Positions 40,480-50,277 of a stretch of DNA of 64,000 bases are shown here, in pieces. A model generated the notes under the pieces. That model was not told the DNA's origin. It did not search any database and saw nothing but the letters and a program-made list of their open reading frames with translations. The first letter of the stretch is position 1; the number at the start of each line of letters is the position of its first letter. The stretch is from positions 86,707 to 150,706 of the forward strand of contig CAVVUS010000013.1 of the NCBI GenBank assembly GCA_963751345.1, written 5' to 3'. The translations under genes were made by a program, and so were the position numbers. Source of the DNA: an uncultured Chloroflexia bacterium. Lineage in GTDB: Bacteria; Chloroflexota; Anaerolineae; B4-G1; SLSP01.

Positions 40480-41335
40480 CTATCGCGCGCACCGGAACCC
40501 AAGGTACTTGCTGCGGGCGGCGGGAAAGGCTGCACCACGCATCGTTGCCCGTATGTTGGCCAAGTTGTACTGCCAGCTACCCCCGCGTATCACTTTGGTC
40601 GTTCCCTCCGCAGGGCCGGGAGGATTCTCCTCTGGCGAGAAGCCGTAGTAGCCTGCGGCATACCAATCGTTGACCCATTCCCAGACGTTGCCGGACATAT
40701 CCAGCGCCCCCACCCAGCTTGCCCCTTGTGGGAAGCTGCCGACCGGCGCGGTGGCGGGAAACTCATCGCCACACCAGTCCGCCGCGCAGTTCGCATATCC
40801 CTGCAGCGGCTCATTGCCCCACGGGTATACATTTCCCTCGGGGCCACGGGCGGCGTATTCCCACTCCGCCTCTGTCGGCAGTCGCGCCCCTACCCATGCG
40901 CAGTACGCATCTGCATCGAACCAGGAGACGCCGGCAACCGGCTGCGTATCGCCGTTCAGTTGCCGGTCACCGGCGTAGTCCGATGCACTGCAAACGCCCG
41001 CCGCGACGCACGGGTCGTACTCCGCGTTGGTGACCTCGGTCTGGTCCAGCCAGAACGCATCCAGGGTCACATCGTGCGCCGGACGCTGGTCGTCCGGCGC
41101 CGAGATCTCTGCCCATCGTGAACGTCCCGGCAGGCACATAGACCATCACCATCCCATCCTGGGTGCGCACCGTGCTCGAGATCACGTCGACCGCCGGCCC
41201 TGGGGATGGCGTCGGCGAGGGCGCGTTCCGTCCGAGACACCCTACCACTAGAAGCCCGATCGCTACGAGGGAACTCAGGATATAGAGCCGTCGATAGCGA
41301 TCCTGTAAAGTCCGTCTGCCACGCAAAACCATCAA
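40480..41335 (-). CDS. Formylglycine-generating enzyme (SUMF1)-domain lipoprotein; frameshift near 41110
   Basis: Lipobox VVGC; VPAGTFTMG, TEVTN, RLPTEAEWEYAARG, DMSGNVWEW, RGGSW and GFRCA motifs. Confidence 0.88.
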
Positions 41336-41704
41336 GTCATTCTCCTCCGGAAGGTTGATCGCACGCTACATACGGGCGAGTCGTTGGCTCCAACCCACCC
41401 AAGCACCGGATCCATCAACTCCTGCGTCAAGCCGTTCACGTACCCTTTATCGGTGACGGCGCAGATCTCGGCATCGAGGACGCCGATGCCGGCAAGCCGC
41501 GTGGCTTCGATCGACCGCAGCGGGTCCGGCAGGCCGAACGCGACGTACGGTGACACAACCTCGCCGACGACCACGAAGTCATCGCGCTTGAGCGCCTCCT
41601 CGATCACGTCGTCGCGCAGGCGAACGACTCGTCCAGTTGCTGAACTGCCGGCGCGCCGCGTCCATCGTGACCACCCCGGCCTTGAAGAGAAGTGCCTCCG
41701 TCAT
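41332..41704 (-). pseudogene. Possible amidohydrolase-like gene remnant
   Basis: GGAGG RBS + MTEALLFKAGVVTMDAARR.. then VRLRDDVIEE in a shifted frame; no catalytic core follows. Confidence 0.35.
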
Positions 41705-41970
41705 GCGCCCTCCGTTGTCGATCCAGTGTTGAGGGTGATTATAGGTGCGGGGAGAGGAATACAAGAGCGGGGGCCCATATGACCGGCGAAAGGGCAGCGG
41801 TGCTCGCGAGGATCGTCGCGACGCCCGAGTCCTACCGCGCCACGGGGAACGCCGCCACGCGCTCAAGCTGCGCAGCGTGCCGGCGCTCCACCCCGCACTG
41901 TCGTGCGGGGTGCCTAAGGAGTCGCGCCCAACAGAGCGCGTGCCGGAAGGAGCTGTAATCCGCCGGCACC

Positions 41971-41992
41971 GGGCCGGGCATATGCCCGGCCC
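41971..41992. terminator. GC-rich hairpin downstream of the FMN-binding gene
   Basis: Perfect palindrome GGGCCGGGCATATGCCCGGCCC. Confidence 0.5.
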
Positions 41993-41998
41993 TTTGCG

Positions 41999-42406
41999 TT
42001 ATCCGTGCTGTGCCCGGACCAGCGCGTTCTCGACAGCCTGGAGATAGGCTTTTGAGGTGAGGGTCGCACCGCTGATGGTGTCCACCTGCAACGATTGCGC
42101 CTCAATCACGCGATCGTAGAGGTCCTGGTGCTGCGTATTCCGGCTCCCCGGGTCCTCACTGACCACCATCTGAATGTCGGCGACCTTGCCCGAGGCCACG
42201 GTGACTCGGCACTCGTTGGCCCGCCACCGATACATCCCCCCGCTGTACGCGCCCTGATACGTCCCATCGTTCAGTTTGCCGAAGTCGACGGCGTCAAGCG
42301 GCAGGCTACGGGCCTCTTTGTGCTCTCTGGCAAGGCAAGACCACCCAATGCCACCACCCACCCCAAGAACCACCACTACCACGAGTGCAATTACCCAACC
42401 GACCAT
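41999..42406 (-). CDS. Membrane-anchored FMN-binding domain protein (flavinylation substrate)
   Basis: N-terminal TM; DGTYQG and VDTISGATLTS flavinylation motif; AGGAGG RBS. Confidence 0.9.
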   Translation of the reverse strand: MVGWVIALVVVVVLGVGGGIGWSCLAREHKEARSLPLDAVDFGKLNDGTYQGAYSGGMYRWRANECRVTVASGKVADIQMVVSEDPGSRNTQHQDLYDRVIEAQSLQVDTISGATLTSKAYLQAVENALVRAQHG

Positions 42407-42600
42407 TTTTCTCCTCCTTGCTATCTGGTGCGACGGCATACGCCTTGGGAGCAGTTCGCCGGTCGCATGTTCCGGGCGGTACTGTGAGCCGCCCGGACCT
42501 CGCCGGCATACGGCGTCGAGTCTCGCCCGGGCAGACCTCAGGACCGGAACCGTCGCGAAGGGCGAGGGAAAGCCCATTAACACAAGGCCCGTATCCGTCG

Positions 42601-43644
42601 CTAGACCACAACCGCCATGCCCGGGCCGCACGCGGGCTGGAAGTACGGCCTTAGCTCCCGTGTCACGTAGACCCGCAGGCTCGCATCCACGAAGATGGCT
42701 TCCGCGCGAGCGTACCCCTCAAGCAACTCGAGCCCCCTCTCCAGTCCGGCAACGAAAAGGGCGGTGGACAGCACATCCGCCACAATCGACCGGTCGGTGA
42801 CGACCGTGACGCTGATCAGACCCGACGCTGCCGGATACCCGGTCGTCGGGTCCAGGATATGGTGCTGCCGCTTCCCGTGACCGTCGGTGTAGAAACGCTG
42901 ATAGTCGCCCGACGTCACGACCGACCGATCCGTGACGGCAAGCACCCCCAACAGCGCACCCTCCTGCCGGGGATGTTGGATGCCGATCTGCCACGGCGTC
43001 CCATCTGGCTTGTGCCCCACCGTGATCACGTTGCCACCGAGATTTGCATAGGCCGACGCAATGCCGTGATCCCTGAGCACTTCCTTGGCCCTGTCACCGG
43101 CGTACCCCTTGCCGATCCCGCCGAGATCCACGGCCTGCCCGGCACGTCCGAGCTCGGCGCTCATCCTCCCGAGGTCCAATCCGAGGTCCCGGTAATCCAC
43201 CAGGGCCAAGCCCCGCGCAAGGGCGGCAGTATCGGGCGTGGTCCGCGTCTCCCTGGCCCGGTGCCAGAGCGCGATCACGGGCGACAGGGTCACGTCAAAG
43301 CACGCGGGGAGCCGGGCCGAGGCCTCGACCGCCCCCGACAGAACGTCGAAGGTATCGACGCTGACATCCTCGGCCCCGCGCCCTGCGGAGCCGTTGACGC
43401 GACTGATATCGCTGCCGGGCAGGAAGCGGCTGAGCAACCGCTCGAGACGCGCGACCTCCTGAATGACGGCGGTCAGGCCATCCCGGGCTCCCGCACCCGA
43501 GGCCTGGTAGCTCATCACCGTGCCCATCGCGCGCTGCGTCGCGCGCGCAGTCCGGCTCTCGTCAGACGGTTCGCCGGCCCATCCCGGTGTCTCGTCCGAC
43601 CGTCCGGTGCGCGTCCGGTCATAGGGTTCCCGGGCATGCTCCAT
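42601..43644 (-). CDS. apbE: FAD:protein FMN transferase
   Basis: AMGT, FDVT, DLGGIGKGYA, NLGGN, TSGDYQR, HHILDP and ADVLSTA motifs. Confidence 0.93.
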   Translation of the reverse strand: MEHAREPYDRTRTGRSDETPGWAGEPSDESRTARATQRAMGTVMSYQASGAGARDGLTAVIQEVARLERLLSRFLPGSDISRVNGSAGRGAEDVSVDTFDVLSGAVEASARLPACFDVTLSPVIALWHRARETRTTPDTAALARGLALVDYRDLGLDLGRMSAELGRAGQAVDLGGIGKGYAGDRAKEVLRDHGIASAYANLGGNVITVGHKPDGTPWQIGIQHPRQEGALLGVLAVTDRSVVTSGDYQRFYTDGHGKRQHHILDPTTGYPAASGLISVTVVTDRSIVADVLSTALFVAGLERGLELLEGYARAEAIFVDASLRVYVTRELRPYFQPACGPGMAVVV

Positions 43645-43718
43645 CCGTCATGTACCGCACGCCACTTCGCTTCGTCATTCGGTGTCTTTGCCTGGCCCTT
43701 CCGCACGTTTCGGTCGCG

Positions 43719-44251
43719 TCATTGTGCGACCATGACGTCGTGCAGGGCCGCGGTGATCTCTGGCGGTCAGATGAGATCGCGTCACGGTCGGTAATGCGGT
43801 AGGCCGACGTGTCCTTCCGCTCCGGCTTCGGCTCAGGCGGCAGCAGGTCGGCAACGTGCAGGTCCACCAGACAGATAGGCGCTTTGGCGAGCCGCTTGGT
43901 CAGATCATCCTTGAGCTTGGCGTTCGGGCCATCGGCACCGCCGCTAATCGAGACAAAGCCGTACCTGTCGATCCGCCCACCGAGCTGCTTGAAGCAGGCG
44001 CGGAACGGAGACGCGACGTAGCCCATCCAGACCGGCCCGACGAAGAGCACCAGGTCGTAGCCCTCAACTCCGTCGACCGGAAGGTCGATCTTGGGCGTCC
44101 GGTTGAGGATCATGTCCCACGTAATCGTGCCCATGGTCCGCGGGCGCGACTCCGTGATGGCGGCGTGGTCGGCCCCGATCGCCGTGGACAGGCTCTCGGC
44201 GAGAGCCTCGTTGTTACCGGTCAGTGAGTAAGAAATGACGATGGTCTTCAT
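43719..44251 (-). CDS. Flavodoxin-like protein; frameshift near 43770
   Basis: VISYSLTGNN and YDLVLFVGPVWMG motifs; probable end ITAALHDVMVAQ* in a shifted frame. Confidence 0.75.
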
Positions 44252-44269
44252 AGCAGCCTCCACATCGGT

Positions 44270-44485
44270 CTACGGGTGAGAGGGGCATCCGCAGATGACC
44301 GAGACCAGGGTCAGGTTGAGATCGCGCACACGCTCCAACACGCCGTGAAGCGCGGCCTGATCGGGCAGCAGGCCCGACAGCAGCGTCACGTCTCCTTCCA
44401 AGTGCGTAAGCTGCAGTCCCGCGAACCAATCCGACCAGCGTTGGTCGAGATGGCCCCTGATCCTGATCTCGTAGTATTCCGGCAA
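44270..44485 (-). CDS. Conserved small hypothetical protein of the type found next to MalT-like regulators
   Basis: YEIRIRGHLD..WSDWF.GL...DQAALHGVL..VRDLNL.LVSV; GAGGAGG RBS with TTG start. Confidence 0.8.
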   Translation of the reverse strand: MPEYYEIRIRGHLDQRWSDWFAGLQLTHLEGDVTLLSGLLPDQAALHGVLERVRDLNLTLVSVICGCPSHP

Positions 44486-44513
44486 TGCCGCCTCCTCGAT
44501 TCGTTACGGACAC

Positions 44514-44571
44514 AGTGTAACGGACGGCGAGGCAGCTCGCATCTGCCAAAGGGGATATCCGAGGGTTTATT
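44514..44571 (-). promoter_or_regulatory. Conserved 35-bp operator/-35 plus -10 (TACACT), copy 3
   Basis: TCGCATCTGCCAAAGGGGATATCCGAGGGTTTATT at 44537-44571; 17-bp spacer. Confidence 0.8.
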
Positions 44572-44582
44572 TGGTGGGTCTA

Positions 44583-44619
44583 GGCGACAGCAGACTGTCG
44601 GCGACAGCAGACTGTCGGC
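44583..44619. repeat. 17-bp tandem duplication of a mini-hairpin
   Basis: GGCGACAGCAGACTGTC x2. Confidence 0.8.
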
Positions 44620-44658
44620 AAGGGCGGTCCGTCGGTGACAGGTGACTACCGGCGCGAT

Positions 44659-47430
44659 TCAGGAGAGGATACGAAGCTGTCGTGCGCGGGCCACCGCTTC
44701 CGTGCGGTTGGCGACGTCGAGCTTGCGGTAAATGCTGGACGTGTGCGCCTTGACCGTGCCGGCGGCGACGACAAGCTGCCGGGCGATCTCCTTGTTGGTG
44801 CTCCCCAGCGCGATGAGGTGGAGGACCTCCATTTCGCGGTCGGTCAGTGGGTCGACCAGAGGGCTCATCGGCAAGGCACTTTCCTGAGTCGGCGCGCCCA
44901 CCTGCGGTTCGGCCTCAAAGTGCGAGAGCAGGTGTGTGGTGTAGTCTCGGGCATTCCCGGGGACGGCGCGAGCCAGCCAGTGGCCCAACAGCAGCTTCAT
45001 AGGCTGGCCCTCATCCAAGAAGAGACGCACGTAGCCTCCGGGTTGGGCCAGGTCCAGGCTGCGACCCAGAGCTGCCAGAGCCTGATCCGTAGCACGGATC
45101 CGCTGCAGCGCGATCGCCTGGAGGAGCAGGATCTCAATGACGCGAGCAGTCCTCCCGGACGACTCGGCTGGCGTTGCCAGGCGCGATAGGAGCGCGATAG
45201 CCTGGTTGGGCCTGTCGAGCGCGATCGCGACGCGTGCCCGGGTGATCTGGATCAGTTCGACCTCGAATCTGGACACGTCGTCCGGGCTCGACGGCTCTGT
45301 GTGATCTGCGGCCCAGCGCGCGGCACTTGCCAGGTCTCCTTCAGCCAGCTCTATCTTGATGCTGGCGACCTCAGCGGCATATCGGGCCTCGGAGAAGACG
45401 GGCTGCGTCCGCACGACCTCCACCGCGCTACCCACGGCTCCCGCAGCATCCGCGATCCGCGCTTGAGCCGCCCATATGCGCGCCATCGTGATATGGGCCA
45501 GGACCAGGTCATCGGACTTTCCCCAGAACGGGAGCTGCGCCAAGGCCCGCTGGACATGGTCCTCGGCGGCGTCCAGGTCATTCCGCTCACACAGCACTTC
45601 CGCGAAGCCCATTTCCACAAGGGCCTTGGCGCCAAGATGCTGTCCGCTGGCCTCAGGGATTGCGCGGGCGGCGACCTGGTAGGTGTCGTACGACTCTCCG
45701 AGAAGGCCCTGGACAGCATAGAGTCGCGCCAGGAGACAGGCCGCAGCCACGGTGTTGATCACCGCCCCCATCGCTCTGCCCAGCTCCACCGTCTCCTGCA
45801 AGATCGGTTGGGCCCTCGCATAGTCGCCGCTCAGGAAGTACTCGTATCCCAGCGTGATGTGCGTGTCCAACTGCAGGGCGAGGTTGCTGTCGGGCACGTC
45901 CTGTCTGGCTGCCAGGCAATACGCGATGGCCCGCCGGATATCGCCGCGCATCGCCGTCACCCGGCTCTTGACATAGGCCCACAGTCCCCGCATGGCACGG
46001 GCGTCGGGCTCGCCCTCCGTGGGAATTCGCGTCTCCGCCACGTCGAGCAGAGCATCAGCCTCGTCCAGCTCCCCAAACCAGGAATGGCTGTAGGCCTCGT
46101 AAATACAGAGCCAGGGCCGGCTGTGGACGAGTTCCTTGCTCAGCGTGCCGGTCCAGGCACGCAGCCAGGCCTGCTCGCCTCGTCTGACCAGCTCCATGTA
46201 GTTCTGCTCGATGCAGCGCTCGACCCGTTCATCGTCCGCGGCCTCCGACGCATAGACAATGGCCTCAAGGATCGACCCGTGCTGGGCGTGCCAATCTGAA
46301 GCGCGGGTCCTGAGCTGGGCCAATCGCTGTGCGCCGAGGACCCTCTGAAGCTGCGCGCGGAGCAGATCGGCGAACAGGTGGTGGTAGCGGTACCAGATCC
46401 GCTCATCATCCAGGGGCACGAGGAAGAGATTGGCGCTCTCGAGGTACTCCAGGTTAGCCGCCGATCGACCCACCGACAGCGAGATTGGGTAAGCCGAGGT
46501 GGGGTCGCGCGACGTTGCCGCTTCCCACTCGTCTTCCAGGACGGCATCGCAGAGCGGCGCGCTCAACCGCTCCAGGATCGACGTTCTCAACAGGAACTGC
46601 TGGATCTCCTCGGATTGGTTGGCCAGCACCTCCTCCAGCAGATAGTCCAGGATATAACGATTCGTGCCGGAGAATCCCTCGATGAACGAAGTCACGTCCT
46701 CGCGGTTGCGCATAGAGAGGGCCGCCATCTGCAGGCCGGCGATCCACCCTTCCGTGCGCCCTTCGAGCATCGCGATCGATTCCCCATCCAGACCCAGGCC
46801 CATCACCTCATTGAGGAACCGGGTTGCCTCCGGCTCTGTGAAACCGAGATCGGCAGCCCGCAGCTCCACGGTCTGTCCGCGCGCTCGCAGACGGGCGAGG
46901 GGAAATGAAGGGTCCGATCGGGTGGCTATCAGCAGGTGGAACGACCTCGGACAGTGCTCGAGCAGAAAGGCAACGATGCTATGCACCTCCTGGCTGTGGA
47001 TGAACTGGTAGTCATCCAATACCAGAACAATGTCCTCGGTCGCAGCATCCAGGTCGTTGATGAGGCTGGTGAGAATGAGGGCCTGGGGCACCCGCTGTGC
47101 CGCGTCCAAAAGCTGTGCGGCCTCGCGCCCCACCGCGGCGTCAGCGGCCTGCAGAGCAGAGGCAAGGTAGCGGAGGAAACGTCCCGGCTCATTGTCATTC
47201 CTGTCCAAAGACAGCCACGCGACAGGCATGCCGCAACCGGGGACACACGAGGCCACCAACGTAGTCTTGCCGAAGCCCGCGGGGGCAGTGACAAGAGTGA
47301 GCGGGCCGCGTAGCCCCTCCGCTACCCGCGCCTGGAGCCGCGGGCGAGCGACCAGCCCCGGCCGGATGTAGGGCAGGTGCAGCTTGGTGTGAAGCAGTCG
47401 ATCAGCGGTCTGCACGAAGGCCCTCCTCAT
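44659..47430 (-). CDS. MalT-like STAND ATPase-TPR-LuxR transcriptional regulator
   Basis: APAGFGKTT Walker A, LVLDDYQ Walker B, TEGWIAG, YRYHHLFA and C-terminal LTDREMEVL..TVKAH..IYRKL HTH. Confidence 0.93.
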   Translation of the reverse strand: MRRAFVQTADRLLHTKLHLPYIRPGLVARPRLQARVAEGLRGPLTLVTAPAGFGKTTLVASCVPGCGMPVAWLSLDRNDNEPGRFLRYLASALQAADAAVGREAAQLLDAAQRVPQALILTSLINDLDAATEDIVLVLDDYQFIHSQEVHSIVAFLLEHCPRSFHLLIATRSDPSFPLARLRARGQTVELRAADLGFTEPEATRFLNEVMGLGLDGESIAMLEGRTEGWIAGLQMAALSMRNREDVTSFIEGFSGTNRYILDYLLEEVLANQSEEIQQFLLRTSILERLSAPLCDAVLEDEWEAATSRDPTSAYPISLSVGRSAANLEYLESANLFLVPLDDERIWYRYHHLFADLLRAQLQRVLGAQRLAQLRTRASDWHAQHGSILEAIVYASEAADDERVERCIEQNYMELVRRGEQAWLRAWTGTLSKELVHSRPWLCIYEAYSHSWFGELDEADALLDVAETRIPTEGEPDARAMRGLWAYVKSRVTAMRGDIRRAIAYCLAARQDVPDSNLALQLDTHITLGYEYFLSGDYARAQPILQETVELGRAMGAVINTVAAACLLARLYAVQGLLGESYDTYQVAARAIPEASGQHLGAKALVEMGFAEVLCERNDLDAAEDHVQRALAQLPFWGKSDDLVLAHITMARIWAAQARIADAAGAVGSAVEVVRTQPVFSEARYAAEVASIKIELAEGDLASAARWAADHTEPSSPDDVSRFEVELIQITRARVAIALDRPNQAIALLSRLATPAESSGRTARVIEILLLQAIALQRIRATDQALAALGRSLDLAQPGGYVRLFLDEGQPMKLLLGHWLARAVPGNARDYTTHLLSHFEAEPQVGAPTQESALPMSPLVDPLTDREMEVLHLIALGSTNKEIARQLVVAAGTVKAHTSSIYRKLDVANRTEAVARARQLRILS

Positions 47431-47508
47431 CCACCGGAGACGTCACCAGCCCGTGAGCTTAGGTCCGCCTGCTGCCCGAGGAGCGCCGAGAGACGTGGGG
47501 ACGCCATC

Positions 47509-48462
47509 TCACCAATAGCTCGCCGCTTGCACCACGTCCGCGTTACCGCCCGAGAGGATGATCCCCACCCGCTGGCCGCGGAAGACCTCCGGGTGCTCGA
47601 ACAGCGCCGCGACCGGCACCGCCGCGGAGGGCTCGATGATCAGCTTCATCCGCTCCCAGACCAGGCGCATCGCGTCGGCGATGCCCTGTTCGGTCACGGT
47701 CACGATCTCGCTGACGTGCTCGCGGATGATGGGGAACGTCACGTCGCCCAGGAAGGTGCGCAGCCCATCGGCGATCGTCTCGCCGTTGGTCGGTGGGTAG
47801 ATCACGCCGTCGCGCAGCGAGCGGAAGGCATCGTCCACCGCCTGGGGCTCTGCGCCGACCGTCCGGCACCCCCCGTGCCCGGCCACTGCCAACGCGGTCC
47901 CCGACAACAATCCACCACCCCCGACCGGCGCCATCACGATGTCGAGGTCTGGTACGTCTTCCAGCAGCTCCAACGCCGCCGTCCCCTGCCCGGCGATCAC
48001 ACGCGGGTCGTTGGAGGGGTGAATGAAGACCGCCCCGGTCTCCGCCAACACCGTCTCAAGCGTCCGCTCGCGGTCCAGCGGGTGCCCGCCCGCGAAGACG
48101 ATCCGGGCGCCGTAGCCGCGCACCGCGGCGACCTTGACCGGCGGTGCGTCCTCGGGCATCACAATCGTAGCCTGGATACCGCGCAGCCCGGCGGCATAGG
48201 CCACGGCCTGCGCGTGGTTGCCCGACGAGTGCGTCGCCACGCCCGCGCGCCGCCTCGGCGTCGGACAGCGAAAACACCGCGTTGCACCCGCCCCGCGCCT
48301 TGAACGCCCCGACCTTCTGCAGGTTTTCGGCACTTCATGTGGCAGCTCTGCCCCAGTCATGCGGTCGAGCGTAGCGCTCGTGAAAACCGGCGTGCGGTGG
48401 ACGTAGGGCCGGATCCGCTCCGCGGCGGCGAGCACATCCTCGTATGTCGGTAGTGCTGGCAT
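47509..48462 (-). CDS. PLP-dependent serine/threonine dehydratase or racemase family enzyme; frameshifts near 48250-48340
   Basis: HRTPV, HSSGNHAQA, GQGTAALE, PVGGGGL, TIADGL, IEPS and SGGN motifs. Confidence 0.88.
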   Translation of the reverse strand: MPALPTYEDVLAAAERIRPYVHRTPVFTSATLDRMTGAELPHEVPKTCRRSGRSRRGAGATRCFRCPTPRRRAGVATHSSGNHAQAVAYAAGLRGIQATIVMPEDAPPVKVAAVRGYGARIVFAGGHPLDRERTLETVLAETGAVFIHPSNDPRVIAGQGTAALELLEDVPDLDIVMAPVGGGGLLSGTALAVAGHGGCRTVGAEPQAVDDAFRSLRDGVIYPPTNGETIADGLRTFLGDVTFPIIREHVSEIVTVTEQGIADAMRLVWERMKLIIEPSAAVPVAALFEHPEVFRGQRVGIILSGGNADVVQAASYW

Positions 48463-48544
48463 CAGTTAGTCTCCCTGGCTATTCCCACCTGACCGTAATG
48501 GGGCCTCGACCGGCTCCCCAACCCCATGGGTCGCAGCTCGTCGG

Positions 48545-50137
48545 TCACAGATCGAGATCCCACGCCTGAAGGTCCTCATACCGGCACCGTCCATCGAAGG
48601 CCAACAGGCCGACACGACCGGTGAAGGGAATCGGCAAGGTGAAAGTCTGCACGTAGAGGTCATCCACGTAGAGCTCGAAGAAGTCGCCGCGCGCGATCAG
48701 CCGGAACGCGTGCGTCTGACCGTGCCGGATGCCGGCATAGGCGGCGTGCCCAAACGGCCCCACCGTGTCCTCACAGGTGAACGCACACGTGCCCTGCAGC
48801 TCACCCGAGCGGCCGATGACCAGCCCCGCCCCTGCGTGGGCATACACGTCGACATCGGTGATCCGGTGATCGGCGTAGGCCAGGTCGCCGGTTCGGGTGA
48901 CGCCAAGCGTGTCGGGGATGATGGCACGCCCCTCGCCCGGGCGAGATTCCAGAAAGAGGCCCGCAGCCGCCGCGTGCTGGTGGCTCGCGATGTGCCCGCG
49001 GTTCTCCCACGCAGTCACACGACCCTCCACAACGAAGCCCCGGTCGGGATCGAAGCGATGGTCGATCAGGACCAGAGCCCCATCGCGCCCGGCCGAGAGG
49101 GTCACGGTATCCTGGTCGAGAGCAAGCGTATCGCGCTCGGTGCGGAGCGAGGTCGCGGGGTGAACCCAACGGAGATCCTCCGGCGGCAGCGGCACGCGAT
49201 CGCCCTTGGCCTTCTCATTCTGCGGCCAATACCGGAGACGCAGATGGCCATCCTCGCAACTGAGCCGCTTGAGCGGGCCGATGCCGAAGTTGTAGCTGGG
49301 GATCTCCGGCGTCTGCCGCGCGCTGAGCCAGAGCGCCACCAGCAGGTCGTCGGGCGTCCTGAACGTATGGCCGAGCCAGGTGACGTCGTGGCGGCTTGTG
49401 CCCGCCAGGCGGAACATCGGGAGATCGGGTCTGAACGGTCCATAGGGCGAATCGCCCACAAACGTGTAGAGCGAGTATCCGTAGCTGTCGAGGTACATGC
49501 GACCCGACATCGAGAGGTAGACCTTGTCGCCGATACGCTCGCAGAAGTTGACCTCCATATGCTGCGCCGGCACCTCGCCCCAATCGATAGTCGCGGGCGG
49601 GAGGACCTCCCAGGTGAGGCCATCGTAGCTCCTGACCATCCCGGCGCCGGGCGGCCCGACATCATCCCGCACCTCCGACGATATGTAGCCGTAGAGGACA
49701 TCCCGGTCGCCCTCCCGCTCCTTGAGGACCATCAGCTCATCCCAACGTTCGTGGTAGATCGCGCGGTCCGGTGCGACGTCATACTCATCACCAAGATGCT
49801 CCCAGTGCAGGAAGTCCTGGGAAGCGTAGACCTTGAAGTGCACGCCCTGCTCGGGGGACGAACAGGTAGGGTAGTAGAAGACCCGCTCCCCGACGCGCAC
49901 CACGCCGAAGCCCGCGTGCGCACCGGCGATGGGGACGACCTCCCGCGCGAGGAACCGCCAGTGGACGCCATCCTCGGAGACCGCGATGTCAAGGGCGATC
50001 GGACGCCCATCGGGGTTGGTCGGGCCCCGGGTTCCCGTGCCGAAGAAGGCATAGAAGGTGCCACGGTCATAGAGGGTGAAGTTGTCCCACGCTCGCTTAT
50101 CGGGGTTGGCGGTCCGGCTCACCGGCGACACGAACAT
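48545..50137 (-). CDS. Putative glycoside hydrolase, five-bladed beta-propeller (GH32/GH43-like) with C-terminal beta-sandwich
   Basis: WDNFTLY..YAFF, SEDGVHW, SQDFLHWE and SYDGLTWE repeats; ELYVDD in the C-domain; GGAGG RBS. Confidence 0.6.
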   Translation of the reverse strand: MFVSPVSRTANPDKRAWDNFTLYDRGTFYAFFGTGTRGPTNPDGRPIALDIAVSEDGVHWRFLAREVVPIAGAHAGFGVVRVGERVFYYPTCSSPEQGVHFKVYASQDFLHWEHLGDEYDVAPDRAIYHERWDELMVLKEREGDRDVLYGYISSEVRDDVGPPGAGMVRSYDGLTWEVLPPATIDWGEVPAQHMEVNFCERIGDKVYLSMSGRMYLDSYGYSLYTFVGDSPYGPFRPDLPMFRLAGTSRHDVTWLGHTFRTPDDLLVALWLSARQTPEIPSYNFGIGPLKRLSCEDGHLRLRYWPQNEKAKGDRVPLPPEDLRWVHPATSLRTERDTLALDQDTVTLSAGRDGALVLIDHRFDPDRGFVVEGRVTAWENRGHIASHQHAAAAGLFLESRPGEGRAIIPDTLGVTRTGDLAYADHRITDVDVYAHAGAGLVIGRSGELQGTCAFTCEDTVGPFGHAAYAGIRHGQTHAFRLIARGDFFELYVDDLYVQTFTLPIPFTGRVGLLAFDGRCRYEDLQAWDLDL

Positions 50138-50277
50138 ATGATAATCCTCCAAGGGCAGCTACGTCCCGGACGAAACACTGCCGGCATGATAGGGCAGGCG
50201 ATGGTTGAGCGCAAGCGCCCGCCCCCTCCGTCCGAGTCCCATCCCAAGCCTCCGGAGCAGAAAGCGAGGAGACGACG

